Of a stretch of 64,000 nt of DNA, positions 48,983-61,025 are shown piece by piece. Position numbers and translations under genes: made by a program. Origin of the DNA: an uncultured Planctomycetota bacterium. GTDB taxonomy: Bacteria; Planctomycetota; Planctomycetia; Isosphaerales; Isosphaeraceae. The notes under the pieces are model-generated. The model did not search any database and was not told the origin of the DNA. It saw nothing but the letters and a program-made list of their open reading frames with translations. The stretch spans positions 2,080,001 through 2,144,000 of the forward strand of contig CAWGMQ010000008.1 in the NCBI GenBank assembly GCA_963823665.1. The letters run 5' to 3'. The first letter of the stretch is position 1. Each line of letters opens with the position of its first letter.

Positions 48983-51483
48983 ATGACCCGCCATCCCCTT
49001 GTGCTCGCCGCGCTCGTAGTCGCTTTCCCATGCCTGACCCACGCCGCGGCCGCCGAGAATCTCACGCTGTTGCCATCCAGGTGCGAGTTGACCACGCGAG
49101 AAAGCCGGCAGCGCCTGATCTTGCAGGAGCTCGAGGGCGACGAAGCCGGCCGTCAGATCACCGAGAAGATCGCCTGGTCTTCGAGCGATCCCCAGGTCGC
49201 CACCGTTGTCGATGGCCTGGTCATCCCCGCCCATGACGGCCAGACCACGATCACGGCCAAGGTCGGCGAGAAGCACGCGGCGGCTCAGGTCATCGTTTCG
49301 GGCATGAGCCGCCCGTTCGAGTGGAGCTTCCGCACCCACGTCGAGCCCATGCTGGCCAAGCTCGGCTGCAACTCCGGGGCCTGCCATGGCGCGCTGGCCG
49401 GCAAGGGCGGCTTCAAGCTCTCCCTGCGCGGTTACGATCCAGCGACGGATTACTTCAACGTCGTCAAGCAAGATCGCGGCCGCCGCGTCGAGCTGTCTGA
49501 CCCGGGCCGCAGCCTCGTCCTCGCCAAGCCATCCGGCGCGATCGCCCACAAGGGCGGCATCCGCTTCGCAACCGCCTCGCTCGACTACCGAGTCCTCGCC
49601 GAATGGCTGAGCACGGCGCTGCGCCCCCGAAGGACGATGACCCCCGTGTCCAGCAACTCGAGATCCTCCCGTCGCGATCGATCCAGCACGTCGGCCAGAC
49701 GCAGCAGATCCTGGTCCGGGCCCGCTACTCCGACGGCCGCACCGAAGACATCACGCGCTCGGTGAAATGGTCATCCGCCGATGAGGCTGTTTGCCGCGTC
49801 GACGAACAAGGCAAAACCTCCGTCATCGGGCCGGGTGAAGGCGCCGTCGTGGCCTGGTACGCAAGCCGCCTCGCGATCGCCCGCGTCACGGTCCCTTACG
49901 ACAACAAAATGCCCGCGAAAAGTGATATTGCTGACAAGCGCAAGCCGCGCAACTTCATCGACGAACAGGTCGACAAGCAGCTCACGCGGCTCAATCTGCC
50001 GGCTTCGCCGGCCTGCACCGATGCCGAGTTCGTGCGCCGCGCCTATGTCGATACCATCGGCCGGCCGCCCGAAGTCGACGAGGTCAAGGCCTTCCTCGCC
50101 GATAGCTCTCCCGCCAAGCGTGATGCCTTGATCGAAAGCCTGCTCAAACGGCCCGAGTTCGCCGATTACTGGACTTACAAGTGGTCTGACTTGCTCATGC
50201 TGAGCGGCACGCGGCTGCGGCCCGCTGCGCTCAAGACTTACTATCAATGGATCCACAAACAAGTGGCCGATGGGGCGCCGTGGGACCAGTTCGTCCGGGC
50301 GATCGTCACGGCAACCGGCGAGAGCGTCGAATACGGCCCCACCAACTTCTACGCGCTCTCCCAGTCTCCCGAAGACATGACCGAAAACGTCTCTCAGGCC
50401 TTCCTCGGCCTGTCGATCGGCTGCGCCAAGTGCCACAACCACCCACTCGAGAAATGGACCAACGACCAGTACTACAGCATGGCGAGCCTCTTTGCCCGGG
50501 TGAGAGCAAAAGGCTGGGGCGGCGAGGGACGCTCCGGCGACGGTCGCCGCACGCTGTACGTCGCTGAATCCGGCGAGCTGGTGCAGCCGCGAACGGGCAA
50601 GCCGCAGCCTCCCACGCCGCTCGACGGCAGCCCGCTCGCCTTCGACGACCCGGCCGACCGCCGCGTGAGCCTCGCCAAATGGCTCACCGCGCCGGAAAAC
50701 CCCTATTTCGCCCGCTCGATCGCCAACCGCGTTTGGGCCAACTTTCTCGGCGTCGGCTTGGTCGAGCAGGTCGACGACATGCGAGTTTCAAACCCCGCCA
50801 GCAACGAATCGCTCCTCTCCGCCGCGGCGGATTATCTGGTGAAGCAAAAGTTCGATCTGAAAGCCCTCATGAAGGCCATTCTCCAGTCGAACACATACCA
50901 GCGCACCAGCCGCCCGCTACCGGGAAACCAGGCCGATCGCCGTTTTTATTCCCGGTATTATCCCACGCGGTTGATGGCCGAGGTGCTGCACGACGCGATC
51001 GTGCAAGTGAGCCAGGTGCCGACCAAGTTCGACACGATCATGTTCCCCGGCGGCGACGTGCAGCAAACCGACTTCTATCCCCTCGGCACGCGGGCCGTGC
51101 AGCTCTATGACTCGGCGGTCGAGAATTATTTTCTGCAAACCTTCGGCCGCAATGCGCGGCGCATCGTCTGCGAATGCGAGCGGTCTAGCGAGCCCACAAT
51201 GGTCCAGGTGCTGCACCTCTCCAACGGCATCACGCTCAACGACAAGCTGAAAGCACCCGGCAACCGCCTCGACAAATTGATCAAGCTGCGCCGGGAAGGA
51301 ATGTCGGCCCCAGCCTTGATCGACGAGATCTATCTGGCCAGCCTGGCGCGCTATCCCAGCGACGCCGAGCGCAGCCATCTGATCGCATTGCTACCGCCGC
51401 CGGGTGACTCGAGCGAGCACGAAATCGTTGAAGACATCTTCTGGGGCCTCTTGAGCAGCCGCGAGTTCCTGTTCAATCATTGA
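48983..51483 (+). CDS. Ig-like + DUF1549/DUF1553 protein; frameshift near 49615
   Basis: GCNSGACHG, EFVRR, CAKCHNHP, NPYFA..NRVW, CECER, EFLFNH. Confidence 0.85.
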
Positions 51484-51490
51484 CGGAGAG

Positions 51491-54352
51491 ATGCTGATGC
51501 GAAGGCTCCTCGTGCTTGCGCTTGCGGCCGTTTCCGTGATCGGCTCAACTGCGCACGCCCAGACCAAGACCGCGCCGGACTACCGCGGCCAGATCGCCCC
51601 GATCTTCACCAAGTATTGCACGGGCTGTCATAACGACGATGATCGCGAAGGCAAGTTCTCGCTCGAATCCTTCCGCTCGCTTCAAAAAGGAACCGAGAAG
51701 GGCCCCGTGATCTTGCCGGGCGATCCCAAGAGCAGCTTGATGATCCGTGTGCTCACCGGCGCCGCCAAGCCGAGCATGCCGCCCAAGGGCGAGCCGCGAC
51801 CGGAAGCACGCGAGATCGCGATCATTGCCGCGTGGATCGAAGCCGGGCGCACGGACCTGCGGGCGAAGAGCCCGACCGATTAGCGTTGATCGTGCCCAAG
51901 ATTCCCTCGCACGCGAAAGTGCGCCCGATCGTCGCGCTCGACGCCTCGCGCGACGGCAAGTGGCTCGCGGTCGCCCGCGCTGCCGAGGTCGCACTTTACA
52001 AAATGCCGGTGCAGGGCAGGGGACTGCCCGAACGTCCCGAGCGATTGATCGGCAAGTTTCCCGGCAAAGTCACGGCGCTGCACTTCACAAGGGATGGGTC
52101 GAAACTGATCACCGCCTCCGGAGTCGCCGGCCTGGGCGGGGTCGCTGCAATCTGGAACGTCGCCGACGGTGCGCTCATCCGCGAGTTTCCCGGTCACCGC
52201 GACATCCTCTACGAAGCCGAGCTCTCGCCCGACGGAATGCGCCTGGCCACCTGCGGCTACGACAAGCAAATCGAGGTGTGGGATGCGACTTCCGGCAAGC
52301 TCCTCCGAACGCTCGAGGGCCACACCGGCGCGGTCTACGACATCGCCTTTAGCCCCGACGGCCGCACGCTGGTGAGCGCCAGCGCCGACGACACCTGCAA
52401 GGTGTGGCGAGTGGAGGATGGCCAGCGCCTGGACACGCTGCCCCAGCCGCTCAAAGCCGAATATGCGTGTGCGTTCAGCCCCGACGGCCAATCCATCGTC
52501 GCCGCCGGCGCCGACAACAACATCCGTGTCTGGCAGTTCGTCTCGCGCGACAAGCCGGAAATCAACCCGATGGTGATTGCCCGCTTTGCTCACGAAGGAC
52601 CGATCACCCGGCTGGCGTTCACGCCCGATGGCTCCAAGCTCGTCTCGCTGGCGGAAGACCGCACAGTCAAGGTGTGGCAAACCAAAGACTACAGCGAGCT
52701 GCAGCTCTGGGACAATCAGCCCGACGTGCCGGCGGCGCTCGCATTCGCAGGCGGCGGCACGATCTTGATCGGGCGCATGGACGGATCTCTCGCAAACTAC
52801 ACGATCCCCGCGGCGGCCCCAGTTGAGGCCGCTGCGGCCCTTGCAAAAACTCCGATCGTTAAAGTTGCCGAGCCTGAAAAGCTCGGCGAGCTTTCCGAAC
52901 ATGAGCCCAACAATTCACCCGCCCAGGCGCAGGTGCTGGCCCAGCTTCCCACTCAGATCAAGGGAACGATATCGGGCGCAGCGAATGGGCCAGTCGATGC
53001 CGATCTCTATCGATTTACCGCCAGGGCCGGCGAGCAGTGGGTGATCGAAGTGAACGCCGCGCGTTCTTCCTCGAAGCTCGATTCTTTCCTAGAGGTGCTG
53101 GACAGCAAGGGCAATCGCGTGCCGCGCGTGTTGTTGCAGGCCGTGCGCGATTCTTACTTCACGTTCCGGGGAAAGGACGACACCGAGTCTGGCGACTTCC
53201 GGGTGTTCAACTGGCAAGAGATGAAACTTGATGAATACCTTTATTCTAATGGCGAGGTTGTCAAGCTCTGGCTCTATCCCCGCGGCCCGGATTCCGGTTT
53301 TGGAGTCTATCCCGGCCAGGGAATGCGGTGGGGTTATCTCGACACGACTCCGCTCTCGCACGCCCTGGGAGAGCCCTGCTACATCGTCGAGCCTCATCCG
53401 CCCGGAACGAAGCTCGTTCCGAACGGGCTCCCGGTTTTCCTGATCAACAACGAAAACGATGACGACAGCCATCGCGAACTGGGCAAGGACTCGCGCCTGT
53501 TCTTCACGGCACCAGCCGACGGTCAGTATTTGATCAAGATCAAGGACGTGCGCGGGCTTCAAGGTCCCGAATTTCGGTACACTCTCACGGTCCGCCATCG
53601 GCACGAAGACTTCAAGGTCACGCTCCATGGAGCCGACCTCACGGTGGATGCCGGCAGCGCCAAGGAGTTCAAGCTGACCGCGCAGCGGCTCGACAATTTC
53701 CAGGGGCCGATTCGCGTCGACATCACCGGCCTGCCGTCCGGGATTCTCGGCGACCACCCCGGTGACGATCGAAGCCGGTCAAATAGAGGCCTTCGGCGTC
53801 ATCACCGCCGCCGAGAATGCCGAAAAACCAGCAGCGGATGCGGCCAAGCAGAGCAAAGTGACGGCATCGGCGTTGATTGCAGATCGCGACGTCACCCATC
53901 CGATCAACAACCTTGGAACCATCAAGCTCGGCGCGACGACTCCCAAACTTCGGGTGAAAATCACCGCCGCGAAAGGTGGCGCAGCCCCGCTGAACGCGTC
54001 ATCGAACGGCCCGCTCGAATTTGCCGTTGCGCCCGGCCAAACAATCATGCTCAAGGTGAAAGTCGAGCGCAACAGCTTGAAAGGCCCGATCTCTTTCGGC
54101 AATGAAGGATCCGGCCGGAATCTCCCCTTCGGCGTCATCGTGGACAACATCGGCCTGAACGGGCTCTTGCTGCTCGACAACCAGGACGAGCGCGAGATCT
54201 TCATCACATCCGACGGCAACACCCGCGAGCAAACGCGGCAGTTTCACCTCACCACCGGCGCCGGCGGCGGCCAGTCGAGCCACCCGGTGACGTTGTACGT
54301 GCGTAGGCCGGTCCTGCGCGCTGCCAGCGCGGCAAAACGAAGCGCAAACTGA
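51491..54352 (+). CDS. Planctomycete cytochrome c + WD40 + pre-peptidase C-terminal-like protein; frameshifts near 51848 and 53740
   Basis: CTGCH..MPP..WIEAG; WD40 repeats; EHEPNN. Confidence 0.85.
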
Positions 54353-54448
54353 ATGACTGCTGGGCCCGATTGTACATTCACGGCGTCATCGAGCGGGACG
54401 TTCACGACGTCGGCGTGACTGGCCTGTCCAAGATGCTATAATCGAATT

Positions 54449-54718
54449 ATGATGCCCACAAACAATGCCCCCGTGCTCGACCGCCTCGTTACCCCGCTTG
54501 GTGAATGCTTGACCCCGGAATCCGCCAGGCGGGTGTTGGCGCTGCGAGCCGACGCTACCCTGCAGCCGCGGGTGGATGAACTCGCCGACAGGCACAACGA
54601 AGGGCTGTTGACTCCGGACGAGCTGGCCGAATACAGCACCTTCGTGAGCTTCGGCACCTTCGTTGGCATCCTCAAGTCCAAAGCTCGCCAGCTTCTCACA
54701 GCTCGCTCGGATGATTGA
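54449..54718 (+). CDS. Small hypothetical protein coupled to the HNH gene
   Basis: RVDELADRHNEGLLTPDE..EY; TGATG overlap with the next gene. Confidence 0.65.
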   Translation: MMPTNNAPVLDRLVTPLGECLTPESARRVLALRADATLQPRVDELADRHNEGLLTPDELAEYSTFVSFGTFVGILKSKARQLLTARSDD

Positions 54719-54987
54719 TGGACGCTGCACTCCGAGCCCTCGTCCGTGAACGCGCATGCAGCCGCCGTGAATATTGCCAGCTTCACGAGGACGATGCGGC
54801 GTTTTTGTCGTTCCATATTGAGCACATCATTGCCAAACAACACGGCGGGATCGACGATCCCGAAATCCTTTGCCTCGCCTGCGCAGAGTGCAATCTGGCA
54901 AAGGGGCCTAATCTATCGGGGCTGCTCGGCGGCAAGCTCTACCCATTATTCAACCCGCGTAAGCGCCCACCCAAGGCCGCCTTGTGA
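54718..54987 (+). pseudogene. HNH endonuclease, probably degenerate and truncated
   Basis: HIEHI..HGG..LAC..CN..KG; CEYC reads REYC; similarity ends after LFNPR. Confidence 0.65.
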
Positions 54988-55087
54988 GAACTCGAACCTC
55001 CGGGCATGATGGAATTCAGCCGAGGCACCGCGGCTTGGACGACCGGAAACCCCTCGAAACCGATGGCCAGCGAACCCAGGAACAATC

Positions 55088-56026
55088 GTGTCGCACAACC
55101 ATTGCCACGAGGTGACGGCCAGCAACCCACGACTTGGACTCTCGATCGCCCTGACGCTCGCCTTCGTCCTCGGCGAGGCCGTCGTCGGCTACCTCTCGCA
55201 TAGCCTCGCCTTGATGTCCGACGCCGGCCACAACTTCAGTGACGCGCTCGCACTGGCGCTCTCCTGGTACGGATTCCAGGCCGCAAAGCAGCCGGCGTCC
55301 GCCAAGCGGACGTTCGGCTCGCATCGCGTGGGAATCCTCGCCGCGCTCGCCAACGCCCTGACCTTGGTCGCGATCGGGGCCATCATCATCTGGGAAGCCA
55401 TCGAGCGGTTTCGCAACCCGAAGCCCGTCCAGAGCGGCCCCATGATCTGGGTGGCACTCGTGGCCGTTGTCTTGAACGGCGTGATCAGCCTGTGGCTCCG
55501 TAGCGGTGCCAAGCGCGACCTGAACCTCCGAAGCGCCTATCTCCACATGCTCGGCGATGCCGTATCGGCGTTTGGAGTCGTTCTCGCGGGCATCATCGTT
55601 GCCTTCACCGGCAGCCCACTCGCCGACCCCGTGGTCTCGCTCCTGATCGGATTGGCGATTATCTGGAGCTCTTGGGGCATCATCACCGAATCCGTGGGGA
55701 TCCTGCTGGAAGCTGTACCCAAAGGCGTCGATATGGAGGCCCTCGAGCGGTCAATCAAGGGAGTTCACGGCGTTCTCGGTGTTCACGACTTGCACGTCTG
55801 GACCGTTGCCTCTGGAATCCACTCGGCAAGCTGTCACGTCCTCGTTTCGGAGCAAAGCATCCGGAGCGGCGAGCAGATTCTCAAGGCCGTGGCCGAGATG
55901 CTCACGCACGACTTCGCCATCGGCCATACCACCATTCAGGTTGAAGTGGAAGGGTGCGACGCCGATTCGCTTTATTGCACGATGACACCTCTCGGGGCTC
56001 ATCATCATCACCGTCACCAGCACTGA
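55088..56026 (+). CDS. CDF family divalent cation efflux transporter (CzcD/ZitB-like)
   Basis: SDAGHNFSD, AYLHMLGD, HDLHVW, HTTIQVE, His-rich tail. Confidence 0.9.
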   Translation: MSHNHCHEVTASNPRLGLSIALTLAFVLGEAVVGYLSHSLALMSDAGHNFSDALALALSWYGFQAAKQPASAKRTFGSHRVGILAALANALTLVAIGAIIIWEAIERFRNPKPVQSGPMIWVALVAVVLNGVISLWLRSGAKRDLNLRSAYLHMLGDAVSAFGVVLAGIIVAFTGSPLADPVVSLLIGLAIIWSSWGIITESVGILLEAVPKGVDMEALERSIKGVHGVLGVHDLHVWTVASGIHSASCHVLVSEQSIRSGEQILKAVAEMLTHDFAIGHTTIQVEVEGCDADSLYCTMTPLGAHHHHRHQH

Positions 56027-56054
56027 CATTCCACGATCAAGTGCATCTCAGCGT

Positions 56055-56405
56055 CTACCACATCGGAACTAGCACGAACGCCTGACCGATCGCAAACAGC
56101 AACCACATCACGACTGCGGTCACTCCCAAAGATCGACCGGCGATTGCTAAACTACCACGCCCGCGCACGCTCAGCCGCAGCCCGCAAGCGGCTGCCCAGA
56201 ATACACAGGCGAGGATGATCGCCGTGCTGATGCCGTGCAGCCGGGCATCCGACCGGCTCATGATGGTGCGGCCCACCGAAGCAATCAAGACGTTGAATAC
56301 CATGCCAACGGTGGCGGTGAGCATCAAGAACCCGCCGATCAACGTGGAAGCCAGCCCGGATTCCCACCCTGGTTCGCGCTCCGGGCCAGATTGCAGATCT
56401 TTCAT
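56055..56405 (-). CDS. Small membrane protein
   Basis: Three hydrophobic segments; GGAGG RBS. Confidence 0.5.
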   Translation of the reverse strand: MKDLQSGPEREPGWESGLASTLIGGFLMLTATVGMVFNVLIASVGRTIMSRSDARLHGISTAIILACVFWAAACGLRLSVRGRGSLAIAGRSLGVTAVVMWLLFAIGQAFVLVPMW

Positions 56406-56438
56406 GGGCGCCTCCGCATTTCTCCACCCCCTGAACGC

Positions 56439-56921
56439 TCACGAACGGTTTCTGTCATCCCTTCCTTCCTTGCTAGGCGCGCTTTTTTGCGGAGAGTAGA
56501 TCGGAACACCATTGGCCCGGGCCGCTCTTTCAAGATCCTTGTCGAGAGTGGCCAATGGGACGCCGAGGCGCATGACCAACTCCAAATACGCGGCATCGTA
56601 TATTGTGAGCTTGTGCACACGCCCGAGGTCAAGAATTGGGTCGAAAGCCCGCGCGGACGCCTCAGTGTCGATGGCGATCGGCAATGCACAGAGAAATCGG
56701 AGCCACCTGGTGGCCTTTGCCTGTGTCGAGCGTTTGCGGCGCTCACCCATGAGCAACACGTTGGCGACTTCCAGCGGCCAGAGAGCCGGGACGGCGGCTC
56801 GTTCGGTGGCGAGGCTCGCCCGAACGGCGTTCGTGTAGGGTGTGGCTTCGTCCTTGAAGTACCAAGCCATCGTGATGGAGCAATCGATAACCAGAGTCTC
56901 GGTACCGTCGGTGATTCGCAT
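56439..56921 (-). CDS. VapC PIN-domain toxin
   Basis: VIDCS, LEVANVL, IYDAAYLEL, LATLD. Confidence 0.85.
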   Translation of the reverse strand: MRITDGTETLVIDCSITMAWYFKDEATPYTNAVRASLATERAAVPALWPLEVANVLLMGERRKRSTQAKATRWLRFLCALPIAIDTEASARAFDPILDLGRVHKLTIYDAAYLELVMRLGVPLATLDKDLERAARANGVPIYSPQKSAPSKEGRDDRNRS

Positions 56922-56928
56922 TAGGCAC

Positions 56929-57180
56929 CTAGCGACGACCTTGATTCATGAGGTCGCGGACCGAGAGCTCGCTACCAAGCGACGGACCTTCTTCCTCCTG
57001 AAAGCGGGCCATGGCTGCGATTGTCTCGGCGACGTTTGGACGTCCTGCTGTCGGTCCGGCGGGCACAAGGCGCGCGATGGGCTTGCCGTGGCGGGTGATT
57101 ATAAACGTTTCGCCGCCCTCAACGCGCTCGAGCAAATGCGGCAGATGTGTCTTGGCCTGGTACGATCCGACTGTTTCCAT
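56929..57180 (-). CDS. Phd/YefM family antitoxin
   Basis: AKTHL..LLERVE.GE..IITRHGKPIARLVP; AGGAG RBS. Confidence 0.9.
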   Translation of the reverse strand: METVGSYQAKTHLPHLLERVEGGETFIITRHGKPIARLVPAGPTAGRPNVAETIAAMARFQEEEGPSLGSELSVRDLMNQGRR

Positions 57181-57195
57181 TGTGATCTCCTTCTT

Positions 57196-57207
57196 TAGAC
57201 CAGTCTA
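57196..57207. promoter_or_regulatory. Candidate toxin-antitoxin operator palindrome
   Basis: TAGAC-CA-GTCTA just upstream of the phd RBS. Confidence 0.45.
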
Positions 57208-57484
57208 GGCTAGTCGAAATAGCGTCGGAATGCAAGGCTTCCGTGATGTCCACCAATCCCATGATGGAACTCCCGTGTCGAGTGCAATCAGCATCGCTGG
57301 AGTCGATGGCGAGTGGAAACCGTATTCGCTTAAACTGTCGAACTGCTTTCGCGATCTGGCAATGCGCGCAGTTCGGTCAGACCAAAAGTCCAATCGATCC
57401 AAGCGTCGCTTTCAGTGCGAACGCCGTCTGGATTGATTTTCATCGGCGCGAGCGATGGAGTTTGCAACTCTTACGGTGTACCAA

Positions 57485-58033
57485 ATGAATGAAGTTACGC
57501 GGATCCTTCGAAAGATCGAAGAAGGCGAGGGCGTCGCTGCGGAGCAACTCTTGCCCCCGGTTTACAATGCATTGCGCCGGTTGGCGGCTCAGCAGCTCGC
57601 CGCGGAAAAGCCGGGGCAGACGCTGGACGCGACCGCTCTGGTGCACGAAGCGTACCTGAGGTTGCTGGGCGGACAGCAATTCGAGAATCGCCGCCACTTT
57701 TTCGCTGCTGCCGCTGAGGCCATGCGACGGATTCTCGTCGAGCGGGCACGGGCAAGGCGCAGCTTGAAGCGTGGCGCCGGGCACGCACGCGTTGATCTTG
57801 ATGGCGCGGCCGAATTCGCGCCCGAGCGGAGTGATGAATTGCTCGCGGTAGACGCGGCTCTCGGTCGACTGGCCGCCGTCGAACCTCAGGCTGCGGAACT
57901 CGTGCGACTGCGGTATTTTGCCGGCTGCACTATGAACGAGGCGTCGGAACTGCTGGGAATGTCTTTGCGAAGCGCCAACCGCCTTTGGGCTTATGCAAAA
58001 GCATGGCTGCTTCGGGAACTTCGGCCCGATTAG
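57485..58033 (+). CDS. ECF-type sigma factor (TIGR02999-like)
   Basis: QTLDATALVHEAYLRL, FFAAAAEAMRRILV, WAYAKAWL. Confidence 0.9.
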   Translation: MNEVTRILRKIEEGEGVAAEQLLPPVYNALRRLAAQQLAAEKPGQTLDATALVHEAYLRLLGGQQFENRRHFFAAAAEAMRRILVERARARRSLKRGAGHARVDLDGAAEFAPERSDELLAVDAALGRLAAVEPQAAELVRLRYFAGCTMNEASELLGMSLRSANRLWAYAKAWLLRELRPD

Positions 58034-58103
58034 CTTTCATTAGATTTTGGCACGTTTCGCGCGCCGATTTCGCATCTTGGGATGGGCAGGGAGAATTCGT
58101 GCT

Positions 58104-60545
58104 ATGACCGAACGCGAGTTGTTCGAGGTTGCGCTGGAAACCGCACCGGCGGAGCGCACGCGTTATCTAGACGGGGCTTGTGCGGGCGACGTCAGCTTGC
58201 GCTCTCGGGTCGAAGCACTGTTGGCCCGGCACGCCGAAGCGGAAAGCTTTCTGGAGAAACCGCCCATGTCCGTAGACCTCACCGGTGCTTACCAGCCGAT
58301 CACGGAAAGACCGGGTGGAATTATCGGTCCGTACAAGTTGCTCCAGCAGATCGGTGAGGGCGGGTTTGGGGTTGTTTACATGGCCGAGCAAGGGCGGCCG
58401 GTGCGCCGGATGGTCGCGCTGAAGATCATCAAGCCGGGCATGGATACCGCTCAGGTCATCGCCCGCTTCGAGTCCGAGCGCCAGGCTCTCGCCCTCATGG
58501 ACCACCCGAATATCGCTAAGGTCTTCGATGCCGGAGCGACAGAAAGCGGTCGGCCCTACTTTGTCATGGAATTGGTCAAGGGAGTACCCATCACTGAATT
58601 CTGCGACAAGAACCAAGCGGCGCCCGTGGCCCGGCTGAAGCTGTTCGTCGACGTATGCCACGCAATCCAGCACGCCCACCACAAAGGGGTAATCCACCGC
58701 GACATTAAGCCGTCGAACGTCATGGTCACACTGCACGATGGAGCGCCGGTGGTCAAAGTCATCGACTTCGGCGTGGCCAAGGCGACGGTGCAGAAGCTGA
58801 CTGAGCGGACGCTCTTCACCGTCTACGGGCATATGATTGGCACGCCGGCCTACATGAGCCCTGAGCAGGCCGAGATGAGCGGACTGGACATTGACACCCG
58901 CTCCGATATTTATTCGCTGGGAGTCCTGCTTTACGAACTCCTGACGGGAACAACGCCGCTCGAAAGCAAGCGATTGCGACAAGCCGGGTACGCCGAAATG
59001 CAGCGGCTGATCCGCGACGAGGAGGCACCGCGGCCGAGCACCCGGCTCTCGTCCCTGGGCAATTCAGCGACCGTGTTGGCCGGCAACCGCGGTCTGGAGC
59101 CGAAGAGGTTGGTCCAACTCTTGGCCGACGATTTGGACTGGCTCGTGATGAAGGCGCTGGAGAAAGACCGCAGCCGCCGTTACGGCACACCAGGGAGCTT
59201 TGCCGAAGACGTCGAGCGTTACTTGCGTCGTGAGGCAATCCTCGCGCGCCCGCCGTCAGCCTCTTACAAGCTCAAGAAATTCGCGCAGCGTAACCGTGCG
59301 GCGGTATTGACGGCGGCAATGATTTCATTGGCGTTGTTCGGTGGTGTCACCGGAACAACGATCGGATTGATACAGGCGAGGCGAGCAGAAGTAAATGTCC
59401 GCCGAGCCCTCGAACAAGTCACTGAAGAAAAAGCACTAGCTCAGGCAGCGATGACGGCAGAGCGTGCCACGAAGCAACGCGTGTTTAAGGCGCTGGACGA
59501 ACTATCTCAATCCGTGATCCTAAGAAATCTGTCCCAGATCACGGTGGCAGGTAGAGCGTCGTTCGCGGGAATGCCCGGACAAAAGAATTCTCTACCCGTC
59601 CACGAGCGCAAGCTACTCGACAAGCTTGTCGAATACTACGAGAATTTCTGCACACAACAACCGGGTACAGTCGACGATCCAAGACTTCGTGCCGAGAGCT
59701 ACATGAAGATCGGAGCAATGCGGAGGACGTTCGGCGATCACGCTTCGTCACTGGATGCCCACCAGCGTGCATTAGAAATCTGGGAGCGATTGACAACAGG
59801 GTCGTCGGGAGCGCCTGAAGATCGCGACCGGCTACAAACATCACATTTGTGCGTTGCTGAAGCGTTGACAGATTTGCGTCGCTACAACGAGGCGCTCGCT
59901 CATTGGCAGCAACTGGTCGACCTCTCTCGCCCCGATGAGAAAGGATCCAACCTATGGCTGCGGGCGTGTGGCATGGCTCGCGCGGGGAAGGTGGTCGAGG
60001 CGGTCGCCGAAGTCGATTCGCTCACTCGCGGGGTCAAGACCTCGCACGCCGATCTTTACAATGCGGCCTGCGTTCTCGCGCTCGCCGCTGGGGTGGCGAC
60101 GACCGATGAAGCCTTACGGAATTCCCTCGGAAACCGCGCCGTCGAGATGCTTCGACTCGCGCAACGTAGGGGCTTCTTCCGTAACGAGCCAAAGTTGACT
60201 CGTTTAGCGACGTTAAAGCTTGACCCCGACCTAAGCGCAATTCGCGGCCGCGCCGATTTCCGCCAATTCGTCGCCGAACAGGAATTAGAGGCATTGAGCG
60301 CGCCAAGGAGTGAAGCAGCCTGGGTATCCAGAGATCTAACCGCAATGGCGCAATGCGGGTTATCGAAGAGTGACACCGGCGGGCAGTCGCTTGGGTCCTC
60401 CGTGGTACTGCCGCCCTCTCGTAACAGTGCCCCACCCCGAAGGGCAGTTCCTGACGACAGCCGCACCATTGCCACAGCAGGTGCGCCAGAGGGTTCAGTC
60501 ATATTCTCGGCGCGGTCGCAGGACCCTACTTCCCATGCTTCTTAG
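58104..60545 (+). CDS. Ser/Thr kinase with TPR-like C-terminus, partner of the upstream ECF
   Basis: [27 protein letters not shown]. Confidence 0.9.
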   Translation: MTERELFEVALETAPAERTRYLDGACAGDVSLRSRVEALLARHAEAESFLEKPPMSVDLTGAYQPITERPGGIIGPYKLLQQIGEGGFGVVYMAEQGRPVRRMVALKIIKPGMDTAQVIARFESERQALALMDHPNIAKVFDAGATESGRPYFVMELVKGVPITEFCDKNQAAPVARLKLFVDVCHAIQHAHHKGVIHRDIKPSNVMVTLHDGAPVVKVIDFGVAKATVQKLTERTLFTVYGHMIGTPAYMSPEQAEMSGLDIDTRSDIYSLGVLLYELLTGTTPLESKRLRQAGYAEMQRLIRDEEAPRPSTRLSSLGNSATVLAGNRGLEPKRLVQLLADDLDWLVMKALEKDRSRRYGTPGSFAEDVERYLRREAILARPPSASYKLKKFAQRNRAAVLTAAMISLALFGGVTGTTIGLIQARRAEVNVRRALEQVTEEKALAQAAMTAERATKQRVFKALDELSQSVILRNLSQITVAGRASFAGMPGQKNSLPVHERKLLDKLVEYYENFCTQQPGTVDDPRLRAESYMKIGAMRRTFGDHASSLDAHQRALEIWERLTTGSSGAPEDRDRLQTSHLCVAEALTDLRRYNEALAHWQQLVDLSRPDEKGSNLWLRACGMARAGKVVEAVAEVDSLTRGVKTSHADLYNAACVLALAAGVATTDEALRNSLGNRAVEMLRLAQRRGFFRNEPKLTRLATLKLDPDLSAIRGRADFRQFVAEQELEALSAPRSEAAWVSRDLTAMAQCGLSKSDTGGQSLGSSVVLPPSRNSAPPRRAVPDDSRTIATAGAPEGSVIFSARSQDPTSHAS

Positions 60546-60744
60546 GCCAGATACGAACGCACCTAATCCGGATGGGCTGGTGGCTCCGCGAAAGGCTTCC
60601 GTCTGGGTAGGTGCCGCTACCGTCCTCGGCTGTGAGCGGACCGCACGTGCCCCTCCAAATCACGCTTTTCATCCAAATTCGGCGCCTTGTCGCGCGACCT
60701 CCTCTAGCGACCCTTGGTCATGCGACGCCGACGGTCACTGCGGC

Positions 60745-60963
60745 CTAGAGTTTTTGCTCTTCCGCCTGCGGCACGTCGACAACAACGAAGCGGTGGGACG
60801 GATAAAGGTAGTCTTCGCCGGAGTCGTCAATGATCCGCATCACGTTCTCGTCCGCCGCCGCAACGTCGGGCAGCACACGGTAGAGCATACCGACAGCCAG
60901 GTCATCGCACCCATCGTTCGCCACGCAGATGGCGAAGACTGGTCTGGTGTGTTGGGCTGCCAT
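60745..60963 (-). CDS. Small conserved hypothetical protein
   Basis: FAICV..LY.VLPD..RIIDDSGEDYLYP motif. Confidence 0.55.
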   Translation of the reverse strand: MAAQHTRPVFAICVANDGCDDLAVGMLYRVLPDVAAADENVMRIIDDSGEDYLYPSHRFVVVDVPQAEEQKL

Positions 60964-61025
60964 GGATTCGGACCAATACCCGCCTGAGGAATCGTCAGGC
61001 TGATCGCCTGACCTACGCTGCGCGA

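Noticed and set aside
57240..57300. Possible second PIN-toxin remnant (MLIALDTG)
   Set aside because: Too short to support by eye.
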